This document shows, one piece after another, positions 17,925 to 32,300 of a DNA stretch of 64,000 nt. How positions within the stretch are numbered: the stretch's first letter is position 1; every line of letters begins with the position of its first letter. The position numbers were made by a program, and so were the translations under genes. Origin of the DNA: Amoebophrya sp. A120 (Eukaryota; Protista; Dinoflagellata); NCBI GenBank assembly GCA_905178155.1, contig CAJINV010000010.1, positions 2,178,778-2,242,777 on the forward strand. The letters are read 5' to 3'. A model generated the notes under the pieces. The model did not search any database and was not told the DNA's origin. It was given only the letters and a program-made list of their open reading frames with translations.

Positions 17925-19479
17925 CGAGAGGGCCGGGGTTTCTAGAGAAAAATTGTATTTGTATAGCAAATAAGCATGAGGAGTCGGGTCTTGTTTATAT
18001 GACCGAAGTGGCAACAACAAAGATCGCTGTTGCAGTCGAGGACTCGTCAACGCGATCAAAAAGATAAGTGTCTGGGGTGTGAAAAGTTGTATTAAAAAGA
18101 ACCGCCTGCAGGGAAGATGTTGAGGGTTGCAGCTGGTTCGATCATAGATGCGCAGAAGAAACCGGAACTTCTTCTTCAACGAGCTACGAAAAGACAGCAA
18201 GAGTCACTTCATATGGAGAACGAAACCGATTTTTTTTACATCACAAGAAGCAGAAACCGAGACACTTTCGTAAGCCGAGCGAGCAACAAAACAGAAAGGG
18301 AAGCCGGCACACACACTACATTTACGTTAGTTTCGATGTCATGTGGGTCTCAAAAACGTTTTAACCGAAGCAGTTTCTTGTGGTTCACATTATTCCTTTT
18401 TGAAAAAGACCGTGGTAAATTCATCTTCTTCATGTACAGGTGCATTGGACTACGAACCAAAAGTGACGCAGTGGTAATGTTCTCTAGTCAGGTACATTTT
18501 TTGGTACTGGACTTCTAAAATCGAAGACAATACGCGACGAAAAACTGTGCAAGAATTCAGAGAAGCCACTCGCCATGATTTAGATATAGATTTAGATTTA
18601 CATTTACAAACAGCCATGGTCTGAAAAAAACCTAACTTCTACTTTTTCGGTTTTCTCGAGACGATTACGAATTAAAAAAAGCAGAACAACAAGATTTGCG
18701 ACAAAGAACTGCAAATAACGTCAGGTCTACAACTGATAAGTGAATTTCCTAGCAAGCTCCACGGGCGATTTTTGACCATATTTTTATGTGATACAATCTT
18801 GAAAACTTAATCCCATATCTTGGCGCGAGCATAAATAAACTCCGTAGAGAAACTACAAGCCTACAGCTAGTGTAACACGTAATAGCTGGCAGCGAACCAG
18901 CCATGATAGCTGCTTGTGCTTCGGAACTCCCTTTATTCGGTCCTCGGAAATGTGAAACTCGAAACTCAAGTTTCATAGATACTGATACATACTTACTTTC
19001 AAAAAATTCGTGATCTTCATCTTGTTGATGGACCAACTTCTGAAAAAAACGCTACGAATTCCTCGTTTTACTTACTTGTAATTTCTTCTTGCTGCTGTGA
19101 GTCCGACTAGATTATCCTTTAGTCAATCCATAATATCCAGTTCATGCTGTGATTACGTTCATCCCCTTTTGATGCATGTGTGTTCTTCCCACCCTAACAC
19201 CTTGCGTAGTTTTGCGGTTTGAATATTAGGCTACGATACTTTTTTTGCTATTTCGTGTTCTTCTTTGTTTGTCAATGACACCTTACTCCGTCCTCCCGGC
19301 AGCGACGCTAAAACTGGCCTGAATAGCCTGCCAAGGGTAAGTAAGTTCTACTGTTAGCAATATCAAGCTACAACAAAAGTAGTATTCCTGAATCGAAATA
19401 TTTTGAAAAAAAAAACATGATATTAATCGAGTAGTACGTATTTTGTAGAGCTTCTATCTAGTAGGGTAGAATTATTTCC

Positions 19480-20336
19480 TTAGGGCGGAAAAGTCGGCAA
19501 ATATCATCATTTTTGCAAGCGCACTTTTTGGGGGGGTAAAAAGATTCTGGCTGTTGGGGGTGTAGGTACTGCTTTTTTTCCTGTTGGCCATTTAGATGTT
19601 GGCGCCGCACTTCGGTGTTACGGTCCGCCATCCGGCCCTCCCCTTTTTCCAATAAAACCGCCGGACTTTGTTGAAGCTCCACCCGCCTGCGGCCCTCTGG
19701 CGCGGGATGCCGCACCCAATGTCCTGCATTCAATTCCGGACGCGCCCACATATCTTCTCATCCTCCCTCTCCGACCGGATATGGAGAAGGCGGACGCGCC
19801 AGCAGTCGAGTGCTTCCGGGGGGGTGCCGAAGGGGGGGGAGTAGGGGGGTCGGCTTGGGCTGCCTCTGGGCTACCTTTTTTGGGCACGCAAAATCGGCAG
19901 TTTCCAATGGGGATGAGGGGGTCGGCATAGGCTACCCCAAAGCTGCCTGAAGGGGGTGCCCGGAAGGGGTGTCCGGGAGGGGCAAAAATGCACCCCCCTG
20001 ACCACCTCCCCTGGCCGGGCCTCCTTCTCCGGGCGAAGGGCCTCGTCGAGCCCCGGTCAGGGAGGCGGCCCGGCCACTGTTCGAAGAGCGGGCCCACGAC
20101 ACAGCGTCCGGCCATCTGAGCGACAACGCACAGAGCGAAGGCACTGTGGCCTGCTTCTGGTCTTGGTGTTGCGGCATCTCCGAAGCTCAGCTATCATGTT
20201 TCCTGTGGAAAAGATGAAGTGACACGCGAGGCGTGTCGGCTTCCAAGATGTTCCGCCCCCGACAAAAAACCTTTTTTTACCCCCCAAACAAGTGCGCTTG
20301 CAAAAATGATGATATTTGCCGATTTTTCCGCCCTAA
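19480..20336. mobile_element. Non-autonomous TIR element (MITE-like), ~60 bp TIRs, 5-bp target-site duplication
   Basis: TTAGGGCGGAAAAGTCGGCAAATATCATCATTTTTGCAAGCGCACTT at left, near-perfect reverse complement at right; TTTCC duplicated at 19475-19479 and 20337-20341. Confidence 0.92.
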
Positions 20337-20349
20337 TTTCCAGCTTCGC

Positions 20350-23300
20350 TCAAAAGTGATCCATCGACTTCCGCCGACCCGAGAGATGCTGTCCGGATGA
20401 ACCTCCTCCATGAAGACCGCGGTGGTTTTTACTCGGACTGATAGAGGAAGAGCTACCGGACATCATAACTCCTCCACCGCTAGTACTCATCATTCCTGTA
20501 TTGTTGTTCGTGGTCACATTTATTCCGGCCATATTAATACCCGCATGTTGTTGGTTCATGCCGAGAGCTTTCGCTTTGAGCGAGTCCGGAAATCGTTTCT
20601 GCATCTGGTGAAAATTATTTGTCGGCGTGCTGGCACTGCTTGGTTGGTGCGAGGCCGAACCTGTCATAGAGCCAGGAGCAGCTCCATAACCCGAGGACCG
20701 TCCACCTGCGGTTCCTGCGTTGGTGTTGTACAAGGGTGCTGCATTGCCTCCTACTCTGCTGCTACTTTCCGCAATATTAGCACCACCAACACCACTTCCA
20801 CCATGCTGTTGTTGATTGTAGTGATTCACTACATTCAAGGGCGGCGTGCTCGAGGTGTTCCTCAATATCCCCGGCCTGGCCCTTGCGGAGCTGGTACTGT
20901 TTGGCGTCGCACTGGGGGTCGGCACGAGCTGCGGCGTGCTTCCGGGCGTCGACGTGGGGATGTTGATTTGCATCTGGTGCTGTGCGTAAAAAGCGCCGAG
21001 GTTGGCCTGCAGATGCGGCTGCTGTCCAAAATTTGCCTGGATCATCTGCGGCTGGGGCTGCTGCAGCTGTTGTTGAACAACTACCTGCAGCGGTGCTGGC
21101 GCAGCAGCAGTAGCAACTCCAACTCCGCCTGGCGGCAGGTGGTCCTGTGGATAGTTGTTACAGTGCGGAACAAATGAAGAACCACTAGCGTTGTTTCCGC
21201 CCTGACGAAGGTGCAGTTCCATGTTGTTGGCATTTGTAGTTCCTGTTCCAACACCCAATACCTGGTTCAGCTGCTGCTGGTGGTGGAGCAGTGTCCTTCC
21301 ACCGGTTGACGTCCCCGATATCCCACGAAAAAACTGTTTCACTGTGATGATTTTGCAACATCTGCATCACAAGTTTGCTAACATGACACAGAAAATCTGC
21401 CATGCGCGTTTCCCAAGGGAAAACACGCTTGAAAATCCAATGTCTTGCAGGTCTAGCAAGACAAATAGTTCTGCGTTCCAGTTTTTGCATCACAAGTTCA
21501 CAGTGAAACAGTTTTTTCTTGCGATACCCGAAGGCGTCTGTCTACTGCTACCGGTTGTGGGAGTTGTTCCACGGTGCTGGTGAAGCGGGTAAGAAACTAC
21601 GTTGTTCCTGTTTTCAGTACCACCAGTCGGTTTTATTTGCGTTGCTGGGTACTGCACAGGATCAATGTTCTTGAAAGAAGTCGAAGCGGCTGCTGCAGGA
21701 GCTGCAGCTCCGCTTGTTGCGGCCCTTCCATTAGCAAATCCGCCTGGTATTCCTCCTCGTCCCGTAGTCATCATCTGAGCAAAATCAAACCTCGAGCTAG
21801 CACCCGGCGCCCCGGCTGGTGTGGCTGTTGCACTCTGACTGATGTTGTACACGGAGCCACCTCCGTAGAAGTTGGTCTGCTGCTGACCCCCGCTGCGGGC
21901 GGCGAATGGTGCACCTGGGTCTCCGACCTGCTGCTGCGCTCCAGGTGTCGGCAACACCTGCTCGCCTCTTGATGTCGTGGACACTGGCTGTCTGAGTCTT
22001 TCGAAGGTGTTGTTTATGTTTTCGTCGCGCAGCACATCAGCATATGTAGCACTACCCCCCACAGCTACAGCACCTTCCAGCGCCGATTGCGACCGGGATT
22101 CTATCTCAACTTCGGGCACGTGCGCGAATCTACTCGTAGTTCTGCTTGGGGGGCGGAAGGAGGTAGAAGGCGCAGGTGGCACGACTTCCGGCGGGGGAGG
22201 CGGTTCCTGTGGCGCGCTTGAGGAAGAAGAAGATGAGGACGATGTGAGATCCGAAGAACTTTGCGGCGGGTACTGCGAGGGGGGAGAGGAGGAGGAAGTT
22301 GCTCTTGCGCCATTCGTAGCTCCTACCATACCGGGAGACGGACACGAGGGGAACGGGTTTTTCGCTCTGTCAGGCTGAAAAGCTGTTTGGTGCGGTGGGA
22401 TTCCTGTGGTGTCTGTTTGCCTCTGATAATGCTGCTCAGGAGAAGTAGCAGGAGCAGCATACGACTGCCCAACCCCATGGCCATGACTTTTCGGTACTAG
22501 TTGTCGTGTAGTAGACCCAGCACCGCCCTCTTCCTGTGCAGCGGTAGAAGTTTTCACCACGTCCAGAAACGACGGGGAGCTCCCAGAAGCGGAATTTGTA
22601 TTGCCATAATTCGCCGGGAATGCAGGGTGAGCTGAAGCACCTCTGTGTTCGTCTTCCCCGAATCGAATTTGACCGTGTTCCCCTTGCTGCCTCGCAATGC
22701 CAGCGCCTGGTCCGCCAGAAGAAGACGAAAAGACGCTGGGCTCCGGGTAGAAACTGTGAAAGCCTGTTTGTTGCGGCGGCATTCGAGGGCCTCCAGCTGA
22801 TATCGTGGCCGCCCCTGGACGAACTTGTCCTGAGCTAGGGCTAATACTCCCGCCTGATGATTTGTTTTGCGGACCACGGAGCAGGTTCTTATGTTCATCC
22901 TGCGGCGCCGCCGAGGTTCTTCTCGTCTGAGTAGTTGAACTAGTACTTGTATCAGTCTCATTTTTCGCGAACACATTCTCCCCACCGAGGTATTCGTTCG
23001 TGCTTTCCGTGATCTTTTGTCTGATTTCTTCCAGTCGCTTTTCCAACTTTTCGAACTCGTTAGCTTCTTCTTCACGGAGATCATTTTTATCCTCGGAATT
23101 TTTACTATATCTTCGGCCGGCGGCATCCGCGCTTGGTCTTTCGCCTTCAAGATCTACTCGTTCACCATGCTCGTCGTGAACAAGCAGAGCACCGTCGTTC
23201 ACAATGGTGAACGACTTGTCCAGATCCCGCATGGCCGAGCTAGCGCGGCCCATCAACTGCACGAGTTCCAAAACCTCTTCTCCAACGTTGTGCGCCGCGA

Positions 23301-26300
23301 GGAAGGTAAAGGTTTCCTGCTGCACTTCTTCCCAAATTTGCTCCCGCGTCTCCTCCATCGCCTGCAAATATTCGTTCTCGATCTCCTCTATGTATGAAAG
23401 TACACAACGAACTGCAACTGCCCCTCTCCTCTGTCTCAAGTAGCTCAACATTACATTTGAAGGGCATTTGTTCTAGCATCACACTATGCTGACAAATTTT
23501 CCAGGCCCGGACGACCGTAATGCAGTTCTCTGGGCCTGCTGAACTACTAACTTACTTGTCACGCAAAAGCACCAGCCGTAAGACTCAGATAGGATTTTTT
23601 GGCACGACTTTGCCTGTAATGACAAATGTAATGAGGGGAACAGGAGGCACTCCAGTAGTTGTGCACCTTCGTACCACCCGCGCTGCTGCCAACAGCTCCG
23701 CTTTTTCAGTCGCCAGCACCTCGGCTCGCTCCTGAGCCAAGATTTCCGCTTTCGCCTGTATCTGCAAATCTTGCGCGATCTGCTCTTCTCGGGCAGTAGT
23801 TGCGGCTGCTCGGGGTTGGGAAGTGATGCTGCTCAGGAGTTGGTCGGGTTTGTTTGGTGGACTGGTGGATTTCGGTGACAGTTGATGATGTTGAGTAACA
23901 GGCTGTCTATCCACTACAAAAGCATCGTATTCGTTTTCGTACGTCTATGTAGTACAAATAGCATCACAAATTCAATCGGCGAGTTCTTGGACAGTGCAAT
24001 TGGTAACGACCGTGTATGTTGGTCAAGTTATTATAGGTTTATTAGTGTCTGGCGCCAGCCAAGGGAGTACAGCGCCAATTTCCAAGGGAGTCAAGGGAGT
24101 AAGTTTAAAAAGCGCTCGCAGTCAATTCGTAAAGCGATGCACAACGCTCCACGCTGTTTCAAGGCGTAGAAACAAAAAAAAATGGCGCGCGCGCCAGCGC
24201 GCGCAGTCACTTACCCCGTCCTCTCTTCATAGAGCGTGGCAGAGTGATTCTCTGTTTGCTCATGCAGAACAAAGAATCTCTCCCCTTTTAAATATATGCT
24301 GCGCGGCGTGGCAACTTCCCACAAATGTTGGCAACCAGTCACGCAGGCGAAAGAGATACGAAGTTTTTGAAGTGGCCACTTTATTAACTTTGCTCCGATG
24401 GCGGAAAACTGAGGTGGCTGCTTCAGCAATTTGCTGAAGTGGCAACCTCAACAGCTTTTGTCCTTCATTTCTGCATTTGCAGCAACGCTCGCAAAAACGT
24501 ACGAAGAACAGAAGAAGGTCGCGGAGGTGGCCACTTCAAATTTCCTCCATGGAGGAAAGTTGAAAGCTCGCCAAACATGGGGGCACAGCGGAGGGGGGGG
24601 GCAGGATGTAAACTGGCGACGGAAAAATACGACCACGGCATGCATTTTGCCAGTAATTTAAGGGAGGGCGATTCGAAGGAAGTTTTATCTTACTCCCTTG
24701 GCTCCCTTGACTCCCTTCGGCGTTTGACTCCCTTGCTCATAAAATTAGCATTTGCAAACCTCGCGTCTACTTAACTGTTAAGTAGACGCGAGGTTCGCAA
24801 ATGCTAATTCTGAATCAAGTGCAACCGCAACCGCTAGTTGTACGACTTCGATATTTTTCAGTACTTTTGCAGAGGATATAATTGCCTTCTTTCTTCCAGT
24901 TCCTTCTTCACAGCCTCCAGCTCCTCGCTCGCTGCCACTAACGCGGCTTCCAGTTTTTCGATTTCCTCGTTCCTGACCTGTAGCTCTTCCATATGCACTG
25001 CAAAAGTATCGTACTCGTACGTAGTATTGCTATTGCAATACAAATTAGCTCAGCATGACAAATGGAATTTGTCATGCTGATTTAGCTTGAAAAAGGAATT
25101 TGTATTGCATAAATGCGATTCGTACGAGTACGATACTTTTGCACAGGATATTCCAGCGCAACCTGCAATTCCTGGCTTTTCGCTTCCACTTCCTGTTCCC
25201 GGATTTCGTTTAACTGCTTATCCTGTGCAAAAGTATCGTATTCGTACTAATTGCAGATATGCATGACAAATCCAACTTTCTACCTGAAATAGCATGACAA
25301 ATTGCATTTTTGTTCTTGGGAAAATTTGTAATGCAATTTATACTAGTACGATACTTTTGCAGTGCATATTGCTGAATTTGCAAAGATTGCTGCTCCACGA
25401 GCTTCTTCAGTTTTTTTTCACTACCTGCGTCAGAAGTAGTGGCTGCAGCGGGCGGGATTGAAGAAGAATTCAAGAACACTCCGGTATTTATTTCTGTGTT
25501 GCCGAAGATCACCTGCTCCAAGCGCTCCTGTTGCTGCTGCTGCTGCTGCAAAGAGCCCGCTTCTGCTGGCCTCTGAGTCATCATCAAATCCCCATACGCA
25601 TACGCACCGGAAGGAGCAGAAGCTCCTATCGAAGTACTAGAGGTCGACGTAAAAGCAAGATCCTTGTGGTCTCTCTGAAACTCGCTGGGGGAAAACTGCA
25701 GTCTCGTGTTTAGCCCGGTGAGCAGATCTTGCCGATGTAAATGATCCTCGGGGGATTGGTAGGTCACGAGGCCAGAAGGCGATTTGAATGAAACCCGCTT
25801 GTGGTCGAGAAGCTCCTGTTGGTTCCAATTGTTTTGGAAAAGTTGTTTGAAAGAGGGCCACCAATTGTCAACCACAGCTGTGAATAATATGGCCAATAAA
25901 TCTTAATCTGTTCCAAAGACAAAAAAGATCGAAATCTTCAAGTAGAGTACCCATGGATGTTGACAACAAAGATCCCACACGACGACGATAACAAGCAGAA
26001 GTACAACTACCTGCTCCACATTCAGTGGTTCTGGCACGCTCTGCTCCCGCCCAGAAGAAACATCGGAGTTGTTCAGCGATATCTGCGACTTGAGCGGCGA
26101 TACGTATCCTATGTAAAAACGCCCCCATCCCACAGTCAAGATGGGGAATCGGCTAGACAAATCCACAATTTTTGGCTGTTTTGCATGACAAATTTGGGCT
26201 CGTAGCGCAGTGCTGTTTGAGCTAGCTCAGCAGCATCACAGATCTAGCACATCATGCAGATTGCAGCATGACAAATTGCAAAACACGACTAGAGAATGCT

Positions 26301-29300
26301 TCTCATGGGGCTCCGCATGAGAAACATTCTGAGCATGGGCATGCAGATTTGCATTACAACTCTGGGGTGGGGACGTTTTTAATTACGATAATAAGACGAT
26401 GTTGTTCTGCTGAGAGCTCCGCGTGATCCAAGACTGCTCGGAAATAACAGAGGTGTCATTGAGAAGCTTCTGGTCTTTGAAATCTCGGTCTTGCACCTGC
26501 TTTCTTTCTTGGCAAGAACTTTCTGCTACACTAGTCGGGCTTGTTGTCGTCATCTTGTGCTGCGCTACCGTGGGTCCGACTTGCAGTTCCCTTGCGCCAA
26601 GTTGTGCGGTCGAAGAGACATCACGTTCATCTTGACCAGCAACAATAGCTCTCTTTCCCTTCTGTTCTTGCCCTCTGCTTCGTGCAAGGATCCGCTCCAA
26701 TTTTGCCTTCAAAATCTGATTTTCATCCCGCAACTTTTCCACCGTGTCCGCTAAGACCGCCAAGGGCCCCTTCTTTTCGTTCTTGTTCTCGCGGTTCAAG
26801 AGCTGCTGCGTCATCTCTTCCCAGGGATTAATCAACGGCCTATCGTCGTCTTCAAGAACCCCGTCCCCGTCACCCAGATGACTCGTGACGACCTGTTCCG
26901 CCGCGAATTTAATCTTTTCGTCGATTTCTCTGTCGACTAACATATCAGCTGCGCTTGATGTAGTTCCTTCGCCCTGGTCTTGCTTCTGCTTGTAATTGTT
27001 CATTCCGGAAGCAGTAATCTGTGTAGCAGTCGTGTCCACATTCTGATCATGTTGCCTCCCACCAACTCCCACCGACCCCACTACACTTGTCGTGTGATCC
27101 AGCATCGGCGTGGTCTGCGAGCCCGCGTCTGTGTGTAAAAATTCCGCGGCGGCCCAAGGGAGGACCTTGTGTTTGTTTGCGCTGTTCATCATCCACACAG
27201 GTGTAGGCAAATTGGACTGAGTCACACTGTAATTATCGCCAGCGGAAGAAGTGCCAGAGATCTGGTGGGCCACTGCTGACCCAGCACTCGAAGATGTCGC
27301 GGCCGCGCCACTCGTCGTGTGTCTTTGTCGGTGTAACTCCAGTTGATACGCAAATTGGTTTTTCACCTCTGTCAACTTCGCAATGGTTTTCTGCCGCACG
27401 AGATCCTTCTTTTCCGCCCGGGAGAGCAGCATGATCAAGTCTTGATTCGCAGAGTTCGCTTGCTCTAGTTCGCGGTGCAACGCTAGAAAATTTTCCTCGG
27501 TGTTCATGTTCATCGAGGTCGAGGATGACGCTGCCCGGTGCGCTTGTTGCTCGTGCTCTGCATCTTCGTAAAAACCACCCACTGAAAAAGAAGCTTGTTG
27601 TTCTCGTCCTGAAGGTGTACTACCACGACCTGTAGGCGTATGATTCCCTGAGGAAAGTAGTCTCCCCCCAGCAGCACCGGTGGTAGGAGAGGAAGACCTA
27701 CTGGCTCCCGCTGCGGTGGCGTTCTTCTCAAACGGCTTATTTTTCAAATTATCCAAAGAGTCCACCTCTAGTTCTCGCAACGAATTTTGCTTTCCCCCCT
27801 CAGCTAGGCTAGAAGATTTTTGTGCCGGAGCAGTACTGAACAGGTGTTCTCCAAACGACCCAGAGGAAGAGTTACTTCTACTTGCGTTCATCTGTTTCGA
27901 GCCCTGCCGGGATAAAGAAGACATCATTGTCATTTCTTGCTTTTCCGCCTCTTGGTCCTTACTCGGGAAAGTTGGCTCCGCAAAGTAGTTCGTGCCAACT
28001 AAAATCTGCTCTTCCACACTGGGAGACGTTCGGTTATTTCTTACCTGCAGCTCAGGTTGTTGGACATGTTGACCACCGGCAGGAGATGATGCAGCTACAG
28101 GAAATAAGCCGGGGCTTGTGCCGCTTGTAGCCCCGGACAAGAACCCTTGGGTAGAAGTTCTTGAAGTAGATAACTGCTCCTTCAAACTAGCTACCTCGTC
28201 CTGCAGCTTTGTGATTTTTGCGACGTAGCTTTCCTCATCCTTCTGCCAGCGCTCGAGCTTCAATTCCAGCTCTTCATTCGCAGCAATCAAAGTATTCACT
28301 TTTGTCTCCTTCTCTTTTAAAGCAGCTTCGTAGGAGTCCTCGCTTTGGCGGTCGTGCAGTAGAACCATTTTATTTACTGCGCCCGCGTCATTTATTTCCG
28401 CGGCAACTGCAGCTTGCTTGCTTGGCGGGAGCGACGGCGAGCGTGGTGACGACAACGATAACGAACGAGGCTTTCCTTGTTTCACCTCCCGATCGTAATG
28501 ACCTTCCACGACCATTCGCTCCTGCAGCTTTTCCTCAAGTACTGCCTTCTCCGCTAACAATCGCTGTCTTTCCTCGAGCCAGAGCGCGTTCCCGGTTCGT
28601 TCTAGGTCGAGAGAATGCCGCAGCTTCTGCAGTTCCTTCACGACGGCTTGCATATTCTTATCCGCATAGCTCTCGTCTTGAAGATTTGACGACGTTGTTT
28701 CTTGCGCTTGCCTGTCTAAGTTGTCAACAATTGCTGGCGCAGCTGGTCGCGCAGCTCTTCCTGCTGCGTCCTTTTCGTCCATAGAACTACCAGCGGCCGA
28801 ACTCAGGGCAGCTGGCGCGCCATCTACTCCAACAGTCGGTCCTTGTACCGCCCTGGTGAGCATGGACGGCGAGAATTGGTTTTCTTGCTTGCTTGGCGAC
28901 GATAGGGATGCAGCCACACCTTGTTCGCGGCGCTCCTGCAGCTGCTGATCTGCCGATAGTGCGCTTGATATCTGCTGCTCGTGGTCAACATCTACTACTT
29001 TCTTTGCCGGGGAACTTGGCACGGAGTCGTTTCGGTTCTTCAACTGCAATAAGTGTGTCGCCGTCCTTGTTTCCGCCGCACATGCTCGCATGCTCAGCCA
29101 CATGGGGATGTCTTTTGGTTGGTCCGACACCGACTGTAATTTTGTATTGTTTTTCGCATTCGAAGGAGGGGGGCTTCTTGGTCCGGTAGATGTTCCCATA
29201 GGATCGGATGAATAACCCGCTGCTTCGTCCTTGTCCTCAGCGGCGTCCTGTATATCATGATCCTTCTCGAGGACCCCTACTTGTTCCGCATAAAATTTCT

Positions 29301-32300
29301 CCTCGTGCTCGAGAAAGACTTTGGTTTTGCACAACGTCTTGCCATATCAAAAGTAAAAATGTCTGGGTCTGGAAACTTGTGATGCTGGGTGGCGTCTCAT
29401 GATGAGGCTACGAATACTGGCTCAGCATGACAAGTTTCTGAGCTCCTAGGTGTTGCCTATTCTGCATGACAAACTGCGGCTCTGCATCACAGAAAAGCGG
29501 AGCTCTTGGGTAACGTGCATGACAGATTTAGAGGTCATGCCAGACAAGCATGACAACCGTGAATTCTTCCAGACCCAGACATTTCTACAGTTGATATGCC
29601 AAAGATCCGTTTCTGGTGCTCCACAAAAACCTTGGTTCGCGGGGACACGAAGGAATTCATCTCCGACGCTCTGGTCTTTTCAAAGGAATTTTCCACTTCT
29701 CCTACTCGTGGAGAATCTTCGTGTTGGTGCATCGGGTTCTTGCGAAGAAGTTGATGTCCTGCTTCTCCCATGATGTTATTACCTGACTCGCTCTTCGACA
29801 GACCTGGGGGAAAATGAACCGACTGTGTCGTCGTGATGAAAGGATAAACATTACTCCCCGCCGCGGCGGCGCCACTGCTGGCTGTAAATGGCGACTTTGG
29901 TGGAGACAACAGCTGTGCTGAAGTGCTTGCATTCATCTTCCCGTAGCCGTAGTTCGTCATCGCGGTTGTTGTCATATTACCGTGCTGCGCAGCTGCTGGC
30001 TTGTTGGGACCGCCGTAGTTCCTTGTGGAGGGAGAAGTTGGGATGTTGTTATTAATTCTGCTCGAGGGACTTGCCCTGCTGTTGAAAGGCGATGAAGTAT
30101 GAACTGCAAAAGTATCGCACTCGTAATATAAATGCATGACAAATTTTCTCAGCATGATAATGCAGATTTACCCTAAGAAAAAGATTTGTAAATGCATGAC
30201 TGCAATTACTACGAGTACGATATCTTTGCACAGGATATGAAGAACTTGGCGACAACATTCTCGGGGAGAGATTTTCCGACGCCTTGTAGCGATACACGCC
30301 CTCGCGGTTCAGCTGGTCGGAGTGGAGAGTAGTCTGAAGATCGGGAGCTGTATTCTCCACGACCTGTGCGCCCAGATGCGGCTCTTCACGCCCTGGACAA
30401 TAATGAAATAAAAATTTAATTATGCGAGCTTACACCTACTTCGGCTAAAGAAGTGTTTTGGCGCTAGTGAGGGAAGCGAGCTGTTAAGGCGGCGGTCTTG
30501 GTCCTCGTTAAAGACGGCAATTATGGTCGTGCAGGATAAGGATAGAACAAAAAGTCATACAATATCAAAGTCTTTACCGGTTGTATGGAGGTCCCCTGCG
30601 GGGCCGCTCTTCCCGGGACCCAGTCCACAACTACCTGGGCTCGTCTTGGCTCCCCCTTCTGCCCCACTCGGCCGCGTCGAAGAGATGGTATCTGAAGGAC
30701 CAGCCGAAGCTGCTGCTGAAGCCCCTTTTTGTGATGTTTTGTCAGCAAGATCCCTTGGCGAAGCCGACGTCGGGAGGCTGTTGTCTGCCGCGTTCATCTG
30801 CAATAAACCGGGACCGGCAGAACCATCCACGAGAAGATGATCCACTGCGCGCGGCACAGCTCCCGTGGAAGTAGATCTGTTTTTCGTCCGGGCCGGCGAC
30901 ATGGAGGACGACTTATCCGCTTTGCTTTTTGAAGACTTCATCAATTTCAGGTTCTCACCGACCTCTTGCAGTGCCTGCTTCAACTGTTGCTTTTCTTTCT
31001 CCAGACTCTCCAGTTTTTCCTCCATTTTCGCGTTCTCCTTCACCAGCAGCTCCTTTTCACTATGCGTTGCAAAAGTATCGCATTCGTATGAATGCATTAC
31101 AAATTTCCTCAGCATGAGAAATAAAGTTTGTAGTGCTGATTTACCTTCAAGAAAAAGATTTGTAATGCATGAATGCAAAACGAGTACGATACTTTTGTAC
31201 AGGATATTCGCTTTTCACCGACAAATTCAGTTCCGTCTTTGCCTGTAGCTGGGCGTCCAAACTGGCTTTCAACAAATCAAAGCCCTCCTGCTTTGCGGTC
31301 GCTTGGGCGAGCAGCTCGGTTTTGGATTTTAATTCCAAAGAAAAGTTCTGGTTCTGCTGCTTCACAGACTCCAGTTGTTCCTTCAATTGCTGGAGTTCAT
31401 TCTGCTTTTCCTGAAACTTCCTCTTCTGTTCAGCAATTTCGGCCGCTAAGAGAGCAGAGGTCTGCTGTTGTTCCTTCGCCTCTTCACTTGATATCTTCCC
31501 CGCAGTGGGAACAGTTTCTGCGACGGTGATGGTGCCCTGGTCTTTCTGGAAACTCTTCCATCGCGGACTAGTTCCCTGGTCGACGCGTTTCACCAACAGC
31601 GTCGCGGCTTTTGCCTTCGACGCCGCTCGCTTTTCCTCCTCGAGCCTTCTTTTCTCCTCTTCTAATTTCACAAAATTCGACTTGAACCCGCTTAATTCGT
31701 CCCGAAGCAGCGTTTCGCTTTGTTCTGTTTGAGCTAGAACTTCTTTGTTTTTTTCCAGCTGGTGTTTCAAGTCGGAAATGTCTTTCTCCAGGGGGTCCTT
31801 CACTGCGTTCACCGCCTCGTTCTTTTGCTTACTGTGAAGAATTTCCAAGTTTTCGATCTGCAATTTCACCAATTCCTTATTCGAATCTAGCTCCTTCTTG
31901 CACCGCTCGTTTTCTCCTTTCGCCTTGACGTTTTCGATTTTCTCCTTCGTGAGCTCCTGTTCCAGAAGTTGAATTTTGTCGGACAGTTCGATCTTCAAAA
32001 TGTCTTTGTCTTCCTCTATCAAGTGCAAAAGATATGTAGTCTGGGTGTTGTTCCTACAAGGATGCATGCTTGGCTGACAGGAGGGATGAAAAAGAACCTG
32101 TCATGCATATCGCGAAGCAGTGCCTTTTGTTTGTCATGCAGAAACGCGATTTTTCTTCAAGCGCGTAGTTGCGGATCATGACATCATACATGCATGGCTC
32201 CAAGTCGGAGGCTGCTTTCTACCATAAGTAATTCTTCACGAAAGCACACTAGCATGATTAGTTTCATCCCAACTCCCAGATCTTCGATACTATTTGCGAA

